Part shown: one piece after another, positions 39,968-52,322 of the stretch
Position numbering within the stretch: position 1 is the first letter of the stretch
How the letters are laid out: the number at the start of each line of letters is the position of its first letter
Source of the DNA: Perna viridis
Taxonomy: Eukaryota
Length of the DNA stretch: 64,000 nucleotides
Direction: 5' to 3'
Assembly: GCA_037379345.1 (NCBI GenBank)
Contig: CM074513.1
Coordinates: 55,593,195 to 55,657,194, forward strand
The notes under the pieces: model-generated
Databases searched by the model: none
Seen by the model: the letters and a program-made list of their open reading frames with translations, nothing else
Told to the model about the DNA's origin: nothing
Program-made: the position numbers and the translations under genes

Positions 39968-40462
39968 CCAGTTTGATCTCATTGATCGCATTATTCGGTT
40001 TTTTTCTTCCTTTTTTTTTGTTTTGCTTTTGTAACATTTAATAAAACTGCTTAGTCATAATGATTAACGGCAGTGACGATCTTACAGTTCGTACCTTAGT
40101 GACGACACTGCTAGGTCATCATGTACCGTATAAATTATACACCTTAGTTGAGGCACCGCTATGTTAGAACCATCACGTACCTTACACACTTTAGTGACGG
40201 TACCGCAATGGTAGAACCATCACGTATCGCATACACTTTAGTGACGGCACTGCTATGTTAGAAATGCACTGTAGTGACGGCACTGTTTTGTTTCCACTCG
40301 TTATAGTTTGATCTCATTTATCTCATTTTCATTGGGTCTTTTGCTTTTTGTAACATATAATAAAACTGCTTAGTCATAATGAATAACGATAGTGACGACA
40401 CTACTAGGTCATCATGTACCGTATAAATTATACACCTTAATGACGGCACCGCTAGTTTAGAG
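39968..40462. repeat. ~335-bp-period partial direct duplication containing repeated TAGTGACGGCAC(C/T)GCTA motifs
   Basis: AGTTTGATCTCATT...TAATAAAACTGCTTAGTCATAATGA...CTAGGTCATCATGTACCGTATAAATTATACACCTTA occurs twice, and AGTGACG(G/A) recurs about seven times. Confidence 0.75.
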
Positions 40463-43400
40463 TCGTCAAGTTAACACAAATTTGGACTGACCTATTTCTT
40501 AATTACATTTACAACTCAATATATATGTGACATTGAACTTTTAAACAGGATTAAAAAAAGCATTGCTATGTTACCATCAGACAATAGAATAGTTGTTAAA
40601 CAGCTGTCATGTCCTGTAGGCTTCAAGATAAGCTATGCCCTTTACTGGGCTGTCATTGACATTTTGGTCGACATTTGTATCACGTTTGAAAATTTCCAAG
40701 TGATATCTTTTTTGCTTAAAACTCATTGTATATTACTCTTACGCCTATATGAAAACATTAAGCATGTTTAAAAAGTCCAGCTGTTGACTACTGTATAATA
40801 CTCTACGCTATGAAGCATACGATATGCTACTATAAACCAGCATTTTGGACATTCCATCGGACGATGTACAAACTTGTCCATTGCGTTTGCTATTCCGTGA
40901 ATTTGATAATGTGTTATAATCTTCTTTTTATTTTTTGTAGTGGAATAGCGATGACAGTAATCCTTATTCCTCAACACTGTAACTCCCTTTAATCTAAATT
41001 GTCTGATAATGTTTTCGTTGTAATTTGACAGCTTTTGGTTTAGCGTCTCGTGTGTGCGGACGTTGATAAAATCGGTATTCTGCATTCATAGTCACTATAA
41101 AACCGACAATTTCTCCGGTTATATATTGGAGGAGGTATCCGCGGTACGACCACGAGTACCTACCTCTCGCTAGATTCCTCTAAATGGATAGTTCACGGAC
41201 ATTTGGATCATGACATTTCAAGCCTAATGAGATAGACATCGGTTTCTGATAAACATCGACTTTTTTTCTTAAAGTTGTGGTAAGGACGTGTCTGAATTTT
41301 ACAGATGCCCTGCATTTTAATACTAGTAATGTACAAATGTATTTTTCTTCGTGTCGGCGTCTTAACCATTTTTTCGTGTCTACATGCAACTTTCACGTTA
41401 ATTCTGGTAGAATCCACTAAAGAATAAGTCTAAATCGAAGTTTAAAAGGGATATATCTAAAATGAAACTGTTCATAGAAAAGAAACAATTCGTGGATTTC
41501 CTGTTTTATTCAGCAAAGGACAAGGAAATCACAGCAGTTTGTGTACAAAGAATTTCACAAGGAATTAGTGAACAGTTGGTGTACCAAGAACTTCACAAGG
41601 AAATACAATTTTTGAAATCGAATTGATTTAGTTCTGAAGCACAGAAATAGGTTTACATCGATTTATGAGATTATCATAAATATGATAAAATTTGTAAATC
41701 AGAGACTAAAGACAACACTTGAGGGAAAAACCGAAAAAAGAACACTACGTTGTATGGAATCCCGTGTCTCAAGGAACAACAATTTCCCAGCATCAACTTA
41801 AAAGATCTGCGTCTGGTAGCAGAACTTAAGCATGTGGAGGAACAATAAATGGTTTGAAATAGGATATCGTGACCATCAGCACACATTTTGATTAGGCGAC
41901 GGAGGCTGTTCCACCCAGGACATATACCAAACCGAAGAAAACTGTTCTGGAGACTGCCATATAAATCAGATATTCCTCGGACGTTGAACAAAATTATACG
42001 TTGTGTTTCTTAGCGCTAATTTACTTTCATCATGTTTGCTATTCCATTAATTTAATATTGTATTGTGAACCACACACACAAAAAAAACAAAACAAAACAA
42101 AACAAACAAACAAACAAAAACAAATTATACGGAATGAAAAACATCGCGTATACCATCGAGTTTGCAGATAAATATTACTTCTGAAACCATCCTTCAAATA
42201 GTTAGTAATCTTTATAGAGTAGTGATAGTTCAAGTGAATATGCGTTGGTGGTTAATAAATAAAACAATAAAGTATCAAAGTGCTGAGGCACTGACTCAAT
42301 GAAGACCTCAAAGTAATCAAAAATATTCATGTAACCAAATTGTAAGCTAAATAAACCGATCAAAACTTAGTCCTTTTAAAGAACAACTATTTGTTTCAAC
42401 GCAGTTTATATTTATACAGTCCGTTTAACAATATATATTTTTGGATCTTCTTCTGTTCTTTTGTATTATTCCTTTTGGTATTCCTGACTGTACACGTACG
42501 TTAATGTCCTTAAATTTCCTAACACTAGAATCACCATTTCTTACAAAATATGAATTCCACTGAGAATCACTGACTATCAATATTCGATGAATTTTCAAAG
42601 TAAGAATAGATCTACAGCGTGAAATTTCGGTTTGGAGATGCATGTAGTAGAAATGAATTCTGCAGACTGGAGGAAATTGAACAAAGGCCTAGTCTCAAGG
42701 AACAAATGAACAAAAAACTTTCCTTGTTTGTACTCACTTTCCTGTAGAATTTTGTAATAAATTTAAACTAAAATTTGTCCCTGTCATTGTTGTCTAGATT
42801 AGGCTATGGGTTTAACTCGTCGAAATTGTGCATGTATTTACATTAAATGATTACCTTTCTCTAGGAATTTTTCAGTTAAAACAAGGATAAAAACTCTTGT
42901 TGTAAAAATTACTATGCAGTTAATATATCATTAAACTAAGAACAACTTCATAGCTCATGGATTTGAGCAATTAAGATTCAAATTTAGTTGGAAAGTCAAT
43001 GGTATAGAGATGTGGTGAATACAGGAAATATGATGCACTTTGAGTATAAATCTATCCTTTTTTCTCTCCAAGACAAAAAAGTTACTAGTGAACCCATACC
43101 CCATTAGTATCACTTTTTTGTGATGAATCACTATTGTTGAGTGTTTCATACCAGTCTGCCTTCAATAATGTATGTGCATTTCTTTCATTTTTTTCTGCAT
43201 GATTGTTTCACAAATATGTATAAGATTATAATACAAGTAACTCTTATGTTTTGCAAAAATATAAGTGCTAAGAAATCAGGCTTCATGTTTTTTATATATT
43301 TTTTTTATAAATAGATGTTGACATACATTTACAGCTCCTTCATGCTACACATACATGTACCAGCACTTGAGAATCATGAACTTTGTTTCATGCTTAAATA

Positions 43401-44363
43401 GTGTCCCAGCACAGAAATGGCCTGTTTTACTTTTGCTTTCTTCTCACTTCATCTAGTGAAACTTATAAGTGATAACCAATGAAAAGAAATCAAACAAAAC
43501 ATCATAACAGTGTCTGATATATGCAAAATGTTACAATGTAAATTCATAAAAATATATATGTATTTTAACCATGTGATATGGAGAAACCTCCACTTGTTGG
43601 GAAATATTGTTATATGTACATATAAATTTTGGCAAATCTGGCAAAAGTAAAGGTTTGGTGGTTATAACAGTCCCATGTTTGTACTGGTTTTTAAACCACC
43701 TGGTCAATTTTCCCACAATGATCAATACTGGTGGATTGAAAATTTGCGAACAATATTTCTGTCATTATTCATTGTTTTTGTCCTACATTAAAAACGTTAA
43801 TATAGTATATATCTACTATATATGCCAGTAACTATAGTTAGAGTACATGCACATGTATTTTTGTAGTTTTCAGTGTAGAATTCTTGTTCACAGACATACA
43901 AATGTAAACTGCAAATTTTGCTAAGAAATATGAATACACTGTTCTACACTAGCAATAAAAACAGTATTCCTATCATCAGTTTTGAAAATTTTAAATAACT
44001 GTGTACATACAAAGTATATGAATAAATAATGTATACCTTTAACACTTACCTAGTACATTGTACATGTAAGAATGTCCATGAAAATCAACTCTTAGAAAAG
44101 GTCTATTTTTGGTTAGTCTTGATAAGTCCAATACATTTTCAATGCACTTTCATGGACACAGAATTTCTAACATAACTGTGTCTTTCTGTCATGAAAATCT
44201 TGTTTCTTACTTTATGATCTGCATTCTAAATAAATGTATCTGGTATATCTTGACAATGTACTGAAAAAGAACCATATTGATAATCAGTTATGACTTAAAT
44301 GGATATAATACACATGTACATTGTATTACTATTTTTTTAAATTCCATACTGAATAGTACATGC

Positions 44364-44475
44364 CAAAATCTGTATCACATGCAGTATCAACAGGAGACTC
44401 CTATATCAACTCAAGGGCCACTGGCCCGCGGGGTGATATAGGTTGATGGTTGATACTGCATATCAAACAGATTTT
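44364..44475. mobile_element. Fold-back palindromic MITE
   Basis: Arms AAAATCTG...ATGCAGTATCAAC...CCTATATCA and TGATATAGG...GTTGATACTGCAT...CAGATTTT around a GGGCCACTGGCCC centre. Confidence 0.7.
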
Positions 44476-44539
44476 CATGTCATGTGCATTCTTTTTTATA
44501 TTTTATCTATACAAAATGTACTTCAATTGTGTTCTGTGC

Positions 44540-45035
44540 GGGGTATGATATATGATATGCAAAATATGTCTATGGGTGTGATATAGGGTATGCCATATAG
44601 GTTCATGGGTGTGATTTAGAGAATGCGATATAGGTCCATGGGTGTGATATACAGTATGTGATATAGGTCTAGGAGTGTGATATAGGGTATGCAATATATG
44701 TCTGTGAGTGTGATATATAGGGCACTTGAAATGGGTTTAGGGGTGTGCTATACGGTATGCAATATACCGGTAGGTCGAGGGCTGTGCGATATAAGTCTAG
44801 GGGTGTTATATACAGAAGGCAAAGAAGGCAATAAAGGTCTAGGGGTGTGATATACAATGCAATATAGATCAAGGGGTGTGACATAGAATGCAATATAGGT
44901 TTAGAGGTGTGATATACGGTATGCAATATACGTCTAGGGGTGTGATATACAGTATGAGATATGTCTATGGGTATGATATACAGTATGTGATACAGGTCTA
45001 GGGGTGTAATATAGGGTATGCGATATAGGTCTATG
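44540..45035. repeat. ~31-33 bp minisatellite (GGGGTGTGATATACAGTATGCGATATAGGTCTA)
   Basis: About 15 degenerate tandem copies. It accounts for ORFs 44503-44694 and 44669-45097. Confidence 0.9.
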
Positions 45036-47592
45036 GTCGGTGTGGAAGTTTGGATTTTAGGAACATGTACAAGTGTATGTGTAGTGTCATGGCTCATGTA
45101 TCCACTCGCGTCCCAAGGACATTACTTTACTTCACTGGATACCTCTCCTTTTTGATAGTTCAAGGTTACCTACTGAATGTGATGAATATGCCACATGATC
45201 TCCTTTCATCCTTACCGTTGAAACAGAGACATTGTTTATGTCTCTGCTTTGAAACCATAATAATTTAACAATTCTGTTTATTTTCTATTTTAAGTACTTC
45301 ACGGTTTGCTACATGTATGAACATGTTTATTTTATTTATGTATATGTACATGTAGTAATTAACATATATATACACAGTGCTTGCATTTTATGTACAGAAG
45401 TTAAATTTCTGGGATCAAATTAATCACACATGAAATTTTCCAATAAATAGGAGGGGTGTCAACCCAATGCACCCTCCCCTGGATCCGCCACTGTAATCTA
45501 TACTTACACAAAAAGTGTACATTGCAGCTCCGAAAATGCGTCATCAGAAGCTCCCGACATCTTCATTAAAAGGGTCAAATCGAGAGAAAAAATGCGAATC
45601 TCGATTGAGCTTTCCTCCCTGCGAGTGCGAATGTTCGGGTCAGTTTGACAAAAAAATGGTCCAGCTCTCTGCGTCAAAATTTAAATAGTAAATATAATAT
45701 AATCATTGAAATCTTGCAGTTCTACACATATTAAATAGCCTTAATATCGTTATACGCCCATATCGTAAGTAAACTAAACATCACATATTTGACATAGAGT
45801 ATGATCGGCGGCGGAGCGATATCTTAATGCAAACTTTGCAAGGAGAATAACCCGCGGAGTGTTATTTTGTTAGTTGTACGTTGAAATGGCTATCCTGGTT
45901 ACGTAATTTGGTTGCCGACGATCTCTAAGTCAAGTTGAGTCTATAAATAGACTTCCTTGACAAAAATTACATTAATTTTCATTGTAAATTTCAGTTATTT
46001 CTGATGAATGATTGTACGCCTTATAATGGAAAGGATCAGTGAAAGAGACAGGATTGTTCGATTTGGGTCTACCACGGACAAATTTATAATAATAAAAGAG
46101 TATTCTTTTCCTCTGACGACGACCGTAAGATGGAAAATTTGGGCCTCATTTTCTGTGTTTCATCACGTTTTATATGTATTTTATTTGTATTTAATTCCCT
46201 TTTACCTTTCAAATGTGGCTATTGTTAACTTTTTAATTATTCAAATATGTAATTGATTCTTTAATCATTCATTTAGATCTTCTTACATGTAGTCTATTTC
46301 CAAAAGAGTTCACGCTAACTTAAACGGTCTACCATCTTTGTGTTACTTTTATCGCTATTTTTCTATGATTTTAGAAACATTAAAAAAAAACAGATAAATG
46401 AAAACTTTCACCTTTCTTTGACTTCTTGCGGTATGAGATGACGGTATGAGACGGACTTGCTGATTTTGCCACGTCTCTTTCACTGAATCTGTGCGATGGA
46501 GATTATCACGGACACTCGAGTTGGGTACATGTATCCATTGAGAATCTTTCACAGTAGTTCACCATAGATGAGTTGGTCAATGAATTTCATCATGCAATTC
46601 GAATAAAATTATTATCACAATAGATCAAGATAAAATATATGACCCATATAAGACTTGAATCAGTCAGGTTTAGGGGTAGTGTCCTTTAAAACACAGATAA
46701 TATTTCATCCTTAAAAAGTCATTTCGTATTTTAAATTAGCCTCAGTCAGGAAGTTACTTTAATGACGCGATTGGGTATATTAGGTTACTTCATGTATATA
46801 CGTATGAAGAGAATGACGAAGTAGTTTAGGATAATTACATCATTCTCCTTAACCAATTATTTATTTTCCAGGAAAATTTGTATTGCATCATACTATATAG
46901 ACTTCTACGTTTAAACTCTGTGGTGCTGTACTCTCCTTTAGTCTCCCGCGGTTTAGTGGACAAATGTTCTTGGTTTGTTTTTCTATCATATAACACAGCT
47001 CTGATACCTGAGAAGTTTCTTCCTTGTATTATATCGTTAACTATATTGGCGATCTCATTACAAGAACATTTATTCTGTTCATAATCATGACTTATCATTT
47101 TATGTACCAAACATTGACAGTTTCAGTTCATTCATTCTAACTGAAATCATCAACATGATGTCAGACGAAGTACCTGTTGGTCAAACAAACATACAGTAAA
47201 ATATCCGGTACAAAATCATAGTAGTCTAAATCTCGGATAAACAGGAACAAAATATTGATTCTGAGAATATTCTCAGAAGTCTCTGATTGACTTTAAATCT
47301 TCAGTCCGTGTACTATTGTAACTGACTTTTTTTCTTAGTAGTCGCATACTTTAACTTCTTGTGATTTTTTTTTATACTAAAATAGTCGAGGAGCTTATTT
47401 TTTTTTTCACAGAATATTTCTCTTCATCTGCATCATCTTCAATGCCATATTGATTTTTTAATGAAAGCGACTTCTAACTTCATTCGTGTCGAATTTTCAA
47501 TTGAGTATGCATGTAATGAAATCTTAATACTCAGAGAAGACTATTCCAATTAAGTCTACAATACGTTTCTAGTAACAGATAACTCTGAATGC

Positions 47593-48567
47593 ACAGCCCC
47601 GTGCGGGTCCGGTGTCAAAAGAATAGGCCCGCAGCAGCGCCAAGCTTGTCGTAAAAGGCGACTAAATAGTGATCAGAACCAGCTAGGGCGCTTTGCCCAC
47701 AGAGCAACTGGGTTGTGTGCCCCAGATGGTGGAATGGGGTACCCCTGTCGTGCTACATGCTGGGGTCGTTAGGCTATACGTCGGAAAAGCTGACCACAAA
47801 CCATAGTGGTGCACCGTGTTGAGAAAGACGCTTCGTTCCTGGCACCCTGCTGTGGTATTCTATAGGAGAAGGAACCTTTGCGCTCCGCCACAGGAGGCTA
47901 AATTGCCCGACCCTACCCATCCCTTCCTGTTTAAGGTGGCAATCAAAATTTGTCTACCCTGTTATCCTTGTGTCCCATCCCATTTTTCATTTCATCATCG
48001 CCCCGTGCAGGTCCGGGTGTTAAAAGAATAGGCCTGCAGCAGCGCTAAACTTGTCGTAAAAGGCGACTAAATAGTGCTCAGAACCCTGGGTTGTGTGCCC
48101 CAGGTGGTGGAATGGGGTACCCCTGGCGTGTTACATGCTGGGATTGTCAGGCTACGGAAAACCTGACCGCAAACCATAGTGGTGCACCGTGTTGGGAAAG
48201 ATGCCACGTTCCTCGCACGTTAAAGAACCCTACTGTGGTATTCTCCCGGAGTAGGAACCATAGGGCTCCGCCACAGGAGGCTAAATTGCCCGACCCTACC
48301 CACCTCTCCCCATATCCAGTGGCAATCAAAATTTGTCGACCCCATTGTCCTTGTGTCCCATCCCTTTTTCATTTCATCATTTCATGTTCATTTTATCATC
48401 AATTTAATGTTCATCGTCTGAATATAGCTGAAATATTGATGCTCGGACGTTAAACCCCACCAAACAAACAAACAAACATTTCATCGTCATCATCATCATT
48501 TCATGTTCATCGCCTGAATATAGCTGAAATATTGGTGCTCGGGAGTTAAACCCCAACAATCAATCAA
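47593..48567 (+). mobile_element. Dimeric non-autonomous retroelement (SINE-like, no tRNA head) with 9-bp TSD
   Basis: TSD TCTGAATGC at 47584-47592 and 48568-48576. Unit A 47596-47999 and unit B 48000-~48478 are homologous. Two successive tails of the form GAATATAGCTGAAATATTG...GTTAAACCCC plus (CAAA)n or (CAAT)n. Confidence 0.88.
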
Positions 48568-50389
48568 TCTGAATGCGCTTTGATTCACATAGTCAAGGTT
48601 ATTATTGTGTTTTTAACTTTAAACAGATAGTCATGGTGACATAGCAGTCTAATTAAAATTAAACTTTCTGTACTGCTTCCACCATTTATCTTGTTCGCCT
48701 GCTTCTGACGATACTAAGAGATCTAATTTGGCAAGTAACCGAGCGCCCCGCGAGCGCCAGCTCTACCTACTAGCTATAGTCGCAAAGAAGTCATCTACCA
48801 CCTGGTTGTGGCTGGTTTAAACTACTTCAGTAAAACCGAAATGATCATTAGGTTAATTTTTATTCTAAAAAATGTCTATAAACGAAATATTAAGAAAAAT
48901 AGCTTACGTGCTTTTGTCAATACTAAGAAGGTCAGTCCATAAATAAACATTTTACAATGGTCTCAATGATTATTAGGAATTCGGAAAGTATTATGCAATC
49001 TCTTGTTAGAGTGAACATAAAAAGTGGGGTTTGCACTTTACCTTTAAACAGGGAATTTTACTAGTCTAGGTACTATATTTACAATTTGTCTGCTCCCATA
49101 CATATTTTATTATTCTCACTTCAGACGTAGCCGTTTCTCATGAAAGTAGCGTCTCTACTTATTTAAACTTATATTCATTAAACTCTTTTGATATTTAAGA
49201 AAACATCCCCAACCACAACTATTTTCGCACACCTTTTTGAACTTGAATCAAAAAGGGCTAAAAAAAATTGCCAACTTGGCCTCGCTACAACACAAAGCTA
49301 TCATTGTAAAGAGTTACATAATGGACGACTATTTGTTACTGTTTAGTCTGCATGATATTACCTAAGATTGGCAAGTCACCAATACGCGATGTATATTATA
49401 GTAAATACGTTTATAGGTCACAAATGGTTGTAGTAAACACTACATAAAGAATGCTCGTCGACAATTGTCTGATTTTATTGATGTCACATCTCTGAGTACA
49501 AGTATTTAGGATAGTTTGATTATTATGAATCTCTACTTCCCCCAAGACTGACGATTTTCTCGCCAAGCCCAGATTGCGATTTGAAGAAAAAATTCCGTAT
49601 CATTTCTTTCCATTCCTGTCCGTTCTTTTCTTTGTCTCTTAAGGTTGTATTTCTATTTGCTTCACAGTTATCAGTCCAGCATTAATTTTCCCATAGACTT
49701 CTATAGTGAATTGCATATTTTTAATAAAACTGATTCAATAAAACTATCACTTATGTATCATTTCTAAGGACATGTGAAAAATTAATTTCCCGCAAAAAAA
49801 AGTAGGGTGACTCCACGAAGATCGGACAGAAAAGTAGCCATTTTCTATACTTTCACTTTCGTTTTGCACTCTTCAAACCAACATTAAATGTTCTTCACAA
49901 AAAGCTTGTCACCTTATAGTATTATGTTTGTTCTATTTCATAAGTCATTGTTCATATATTTTTACATTAGTTTGTATAGAGACAAAAAAAACAACGCACT
50001 GAATTTTTATACTCTCTATGTTTTGACGTTCATCCGTTCAGGGATATGTAATGCAAGACTGGTACATACACATTGACGTTCTTATTTATTCCTTTTCGTT
50101 CCATGATGTTGTTTGTAGATTTTCTTTGCTCTCCTGTCGTTCATATTTCTTGCTGCACATTCCTGTTTCGTGTTTTAAGGTTTTCTTCTTAATTTCTTCT
50201 TTTCCGTCCAAGTATGTTGTTTGTAAATTTTGCTCTGTCCCTTTTCGTATCATTTTTTTCCCGTTTCTGTTCCTTTCTTGATGTTATTTGAAGGTTTTCT
50301 TTGCCTCAACCTTTTTGTTCAAATTTCTTCCTCTCCGTTTATATGTGATGTTTGTTGATTTTCGGTGTCATTTTACTTTCAGTCTTCTG

Positions 50390-50665
50390 ATCCTGTAAGT
50401 TGTTAGTACATGTAAGTTTGTGTGCCTCCTTTTCGCTCCTGTAAGTTGTAAGTACATGTAAGTTTGTGCCCCCTTTGCGTTCCCGTAAGTCGTGAGTATA
50501 TGTAAGTTTGTTTGCCCCCTTTCCGATCCTGTAAGTTGTTAGTACATGTAAGTTTGTGTGCCCCCTTTCCGTTCCTGTAAGTCGTTAGTACATGTAAGTT
50601 TGTTTGTCCCCTTTCCGTTCCTGTAAGTCGTTAGTACATGTAAGTTTGTTTGTCCCCTTTCCGTT
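50390..50665. repeat. ~45-bp tandem repeat x6 (CCTGTAAGTCGTTAGTACATGTAAGTTTGTTTGTCCCCTTTCCGTT)
   Basis: Directly visible. Confidence 0.9.
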
Positions 50666-50704
50666 CTTATTGTTCTTTTTTTCGTTTCTGTTCCGTTCCT
50701 ATAA

Positions 50705-51033
50705 TACGGAAAACCTGACCGCAAACCATAGTGGTGCACCGTGTTGGGAAAGATGCCACGTTCCTCGCACGTTAAAGAACCCTACTGTGGTCTTCTCCCG
50801 GAGTAGGAACCATAGGGCTCCGCCACCGGAGGCTAAATTGCCCGACCCTACCCACCTCTCCCTATTTGCAGTGGCAATCAAAATTTGTCGACCCCATTGT
50901 CCTTGTGTCCCATCCCTTTTTCATTTCATCATCATTTCATGTTCATTTTATCATCAATTTCATGTTCATCGTCTGAATATAGCTGAAATACTGCTGCTCG
51001 GACGTTAAACCCAAACAAACAAACAAAACAAAC
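50705..51033 (+). mobile_element. 5'-truncated third copy of the 47593-48567 element family
   Basis: Nearly identical to 48153-48477 and ends in (CAAA)n. Confidence 0.9.
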
Positions 51034-51520
51034 TGTCCTTGTTTAAAGGTAGTGGCTGTTCTAGAAGTCCATTTTATAATGATCTGTAACAAATTCCATC
51101 TTTCAAGGAGTTTTGTTTGTTTCATTTGATTTTACTGGAAATTTAGTTAAAAGCTTAAAAAAATCTTGATGGTGAAATGAAATTTTTTATTTACTGTTAC
51201 CTACAAATAGAAAGACTCTAAATGCAAATGTAAAATTTATCTATTAAAATGTATAATATACACGCAGTCTTCTTTAATTGATTATACTGTATATATATCT
51301 TTAATATTTAGTATTAATATGTTGTAAGTTGTAATGTTTCTAATCAATGCTTCTTTTCCTCTATAAATGAATACTCATGTAATCCCCTGTGGAATTTGGA
51401 AAAAAATGTTCTATGTTCTATATGATCCTTGACATTCTAGTTTCATCCATTCGTTCCTGTATGGTGTTTGTCAATATCCGTTGCCCCTTGACTTCGAAAT
51501 TGTTTTCTATCCGTTCCTTT

Positions 51521-51601
51521 CACAGGCACTTGTCATAGGAAAAAAGTCGACCCCTATACTTTACATTGGAGTCAATTTTTTTTCTGAGACAAGTGCCTGT
51601 G
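51521..51601. mobile_element. 81-bp palindromic micro-MITE
   Basis: Perfect 14-bp TIR CACAGGCACTTGTC / GACAAGTGCCTGTG with further imperfect internal pairing. Confidence 0.6.
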
Positions 51602-52149
51602 GTTCCATTTTGTTGTTTGTAAATTTCCCTTGACGTTATAATTTACCATTTTGCGTTAACCAGAGTTGCGCTAGATCTAATTTAATAAAATTTCGAATTG
51701 CACGGAAGCAACTTCTAAAACTGTAATGCATTGAAAGTTTAGAACGTGTATTGAAGCATACACCTGTTATATTGTAGTTCTTGTTGGTCATTTGAATTGG
51801 TGTCCGAGGCTTCATGTGCTTTATTATCTCGTCATTATTAGGACGATTGTTGTTTAGATGGCGACTCTTTTTCGCTTTAATCGATTAAACAGTTTATATG
51901 CCATAGTAAGTTAAGATTGTAAGCCGAGACATGTATATGTATATATAAATATATATATACTAGTGTATGGATGTGTAAATGTGATTTTTAATTAGTGCAT
52001 GGACCGGGTATTCAAACTATTATTGTAAGCGCCCATACATATTCAACCATATGATTCGCTTCATGCTAATTTTTTTCTCTGATAACAGTATACATACAGT
52101 GTAAAATAGTTGACTAATTAGTCGCGCAATCGATACAACGGTTCACGGA

Positions 52150-52260
52150 GTCACTTATGCAAATGTTGATTGGAAATGAAACACTTCCTTGAGTACAGGT
52201 GTGATGTCCCACCCATTTACCCCGCCCCCGTCATGTGATTAGCATACAACATAAATATCC
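52150..52260 (+). promoter_or_regulatory. Putative follistatin proximal promoter
   Basis: ATGCAAAT (52157), ATTGG (52169), CACTTCCT (52182), CAGGTG (52196), CCCCGCCCC (52220), TCATGTGA (52231) and TATA-like CATAAATA (52250), all 70-170 bp upstream of the signal-peptide ATG. Confidence 0.55.
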
Positions 52261-52322
52261 TGTAGATTTCTGTTGTAGAAAATTCTTAGGGTGTACATAT
52301 TGTAAATATAAAGCAATAATGT

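Noticed and set aside
40768-41991. Cluster of 70-105 aa ORFs on both strands
   Set aside because: No recognisable domain, multiple stops in all frames and no consistent splice structure; at most an unidentifiable decayed TE or pseudogene.
44503-45097. His/Tyr/Pro-rich ORFs
   Set aside because: Translations of the 31-33 bp minisatellite.
48200-48295. HDV-like ribozyme in the element body (CGT-TCCTCGC-ACG; GG-CTCC..GGAG-GCTAA)
   Set aside because: P3/L3-like and P4-J4/2-like pieces exist, but I could not assemble consistent P1 and P2 helices in the required order. Not supported without a descriptor search.
47816-51008. Three similar ORFs (47816, 48091, 50604; ...APPQEAKLPDPTH...) suggesting a small gene family
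   Set aside because: They are incidental frames in copies of the same non-coding retroelement, and indels between copies change the frame.
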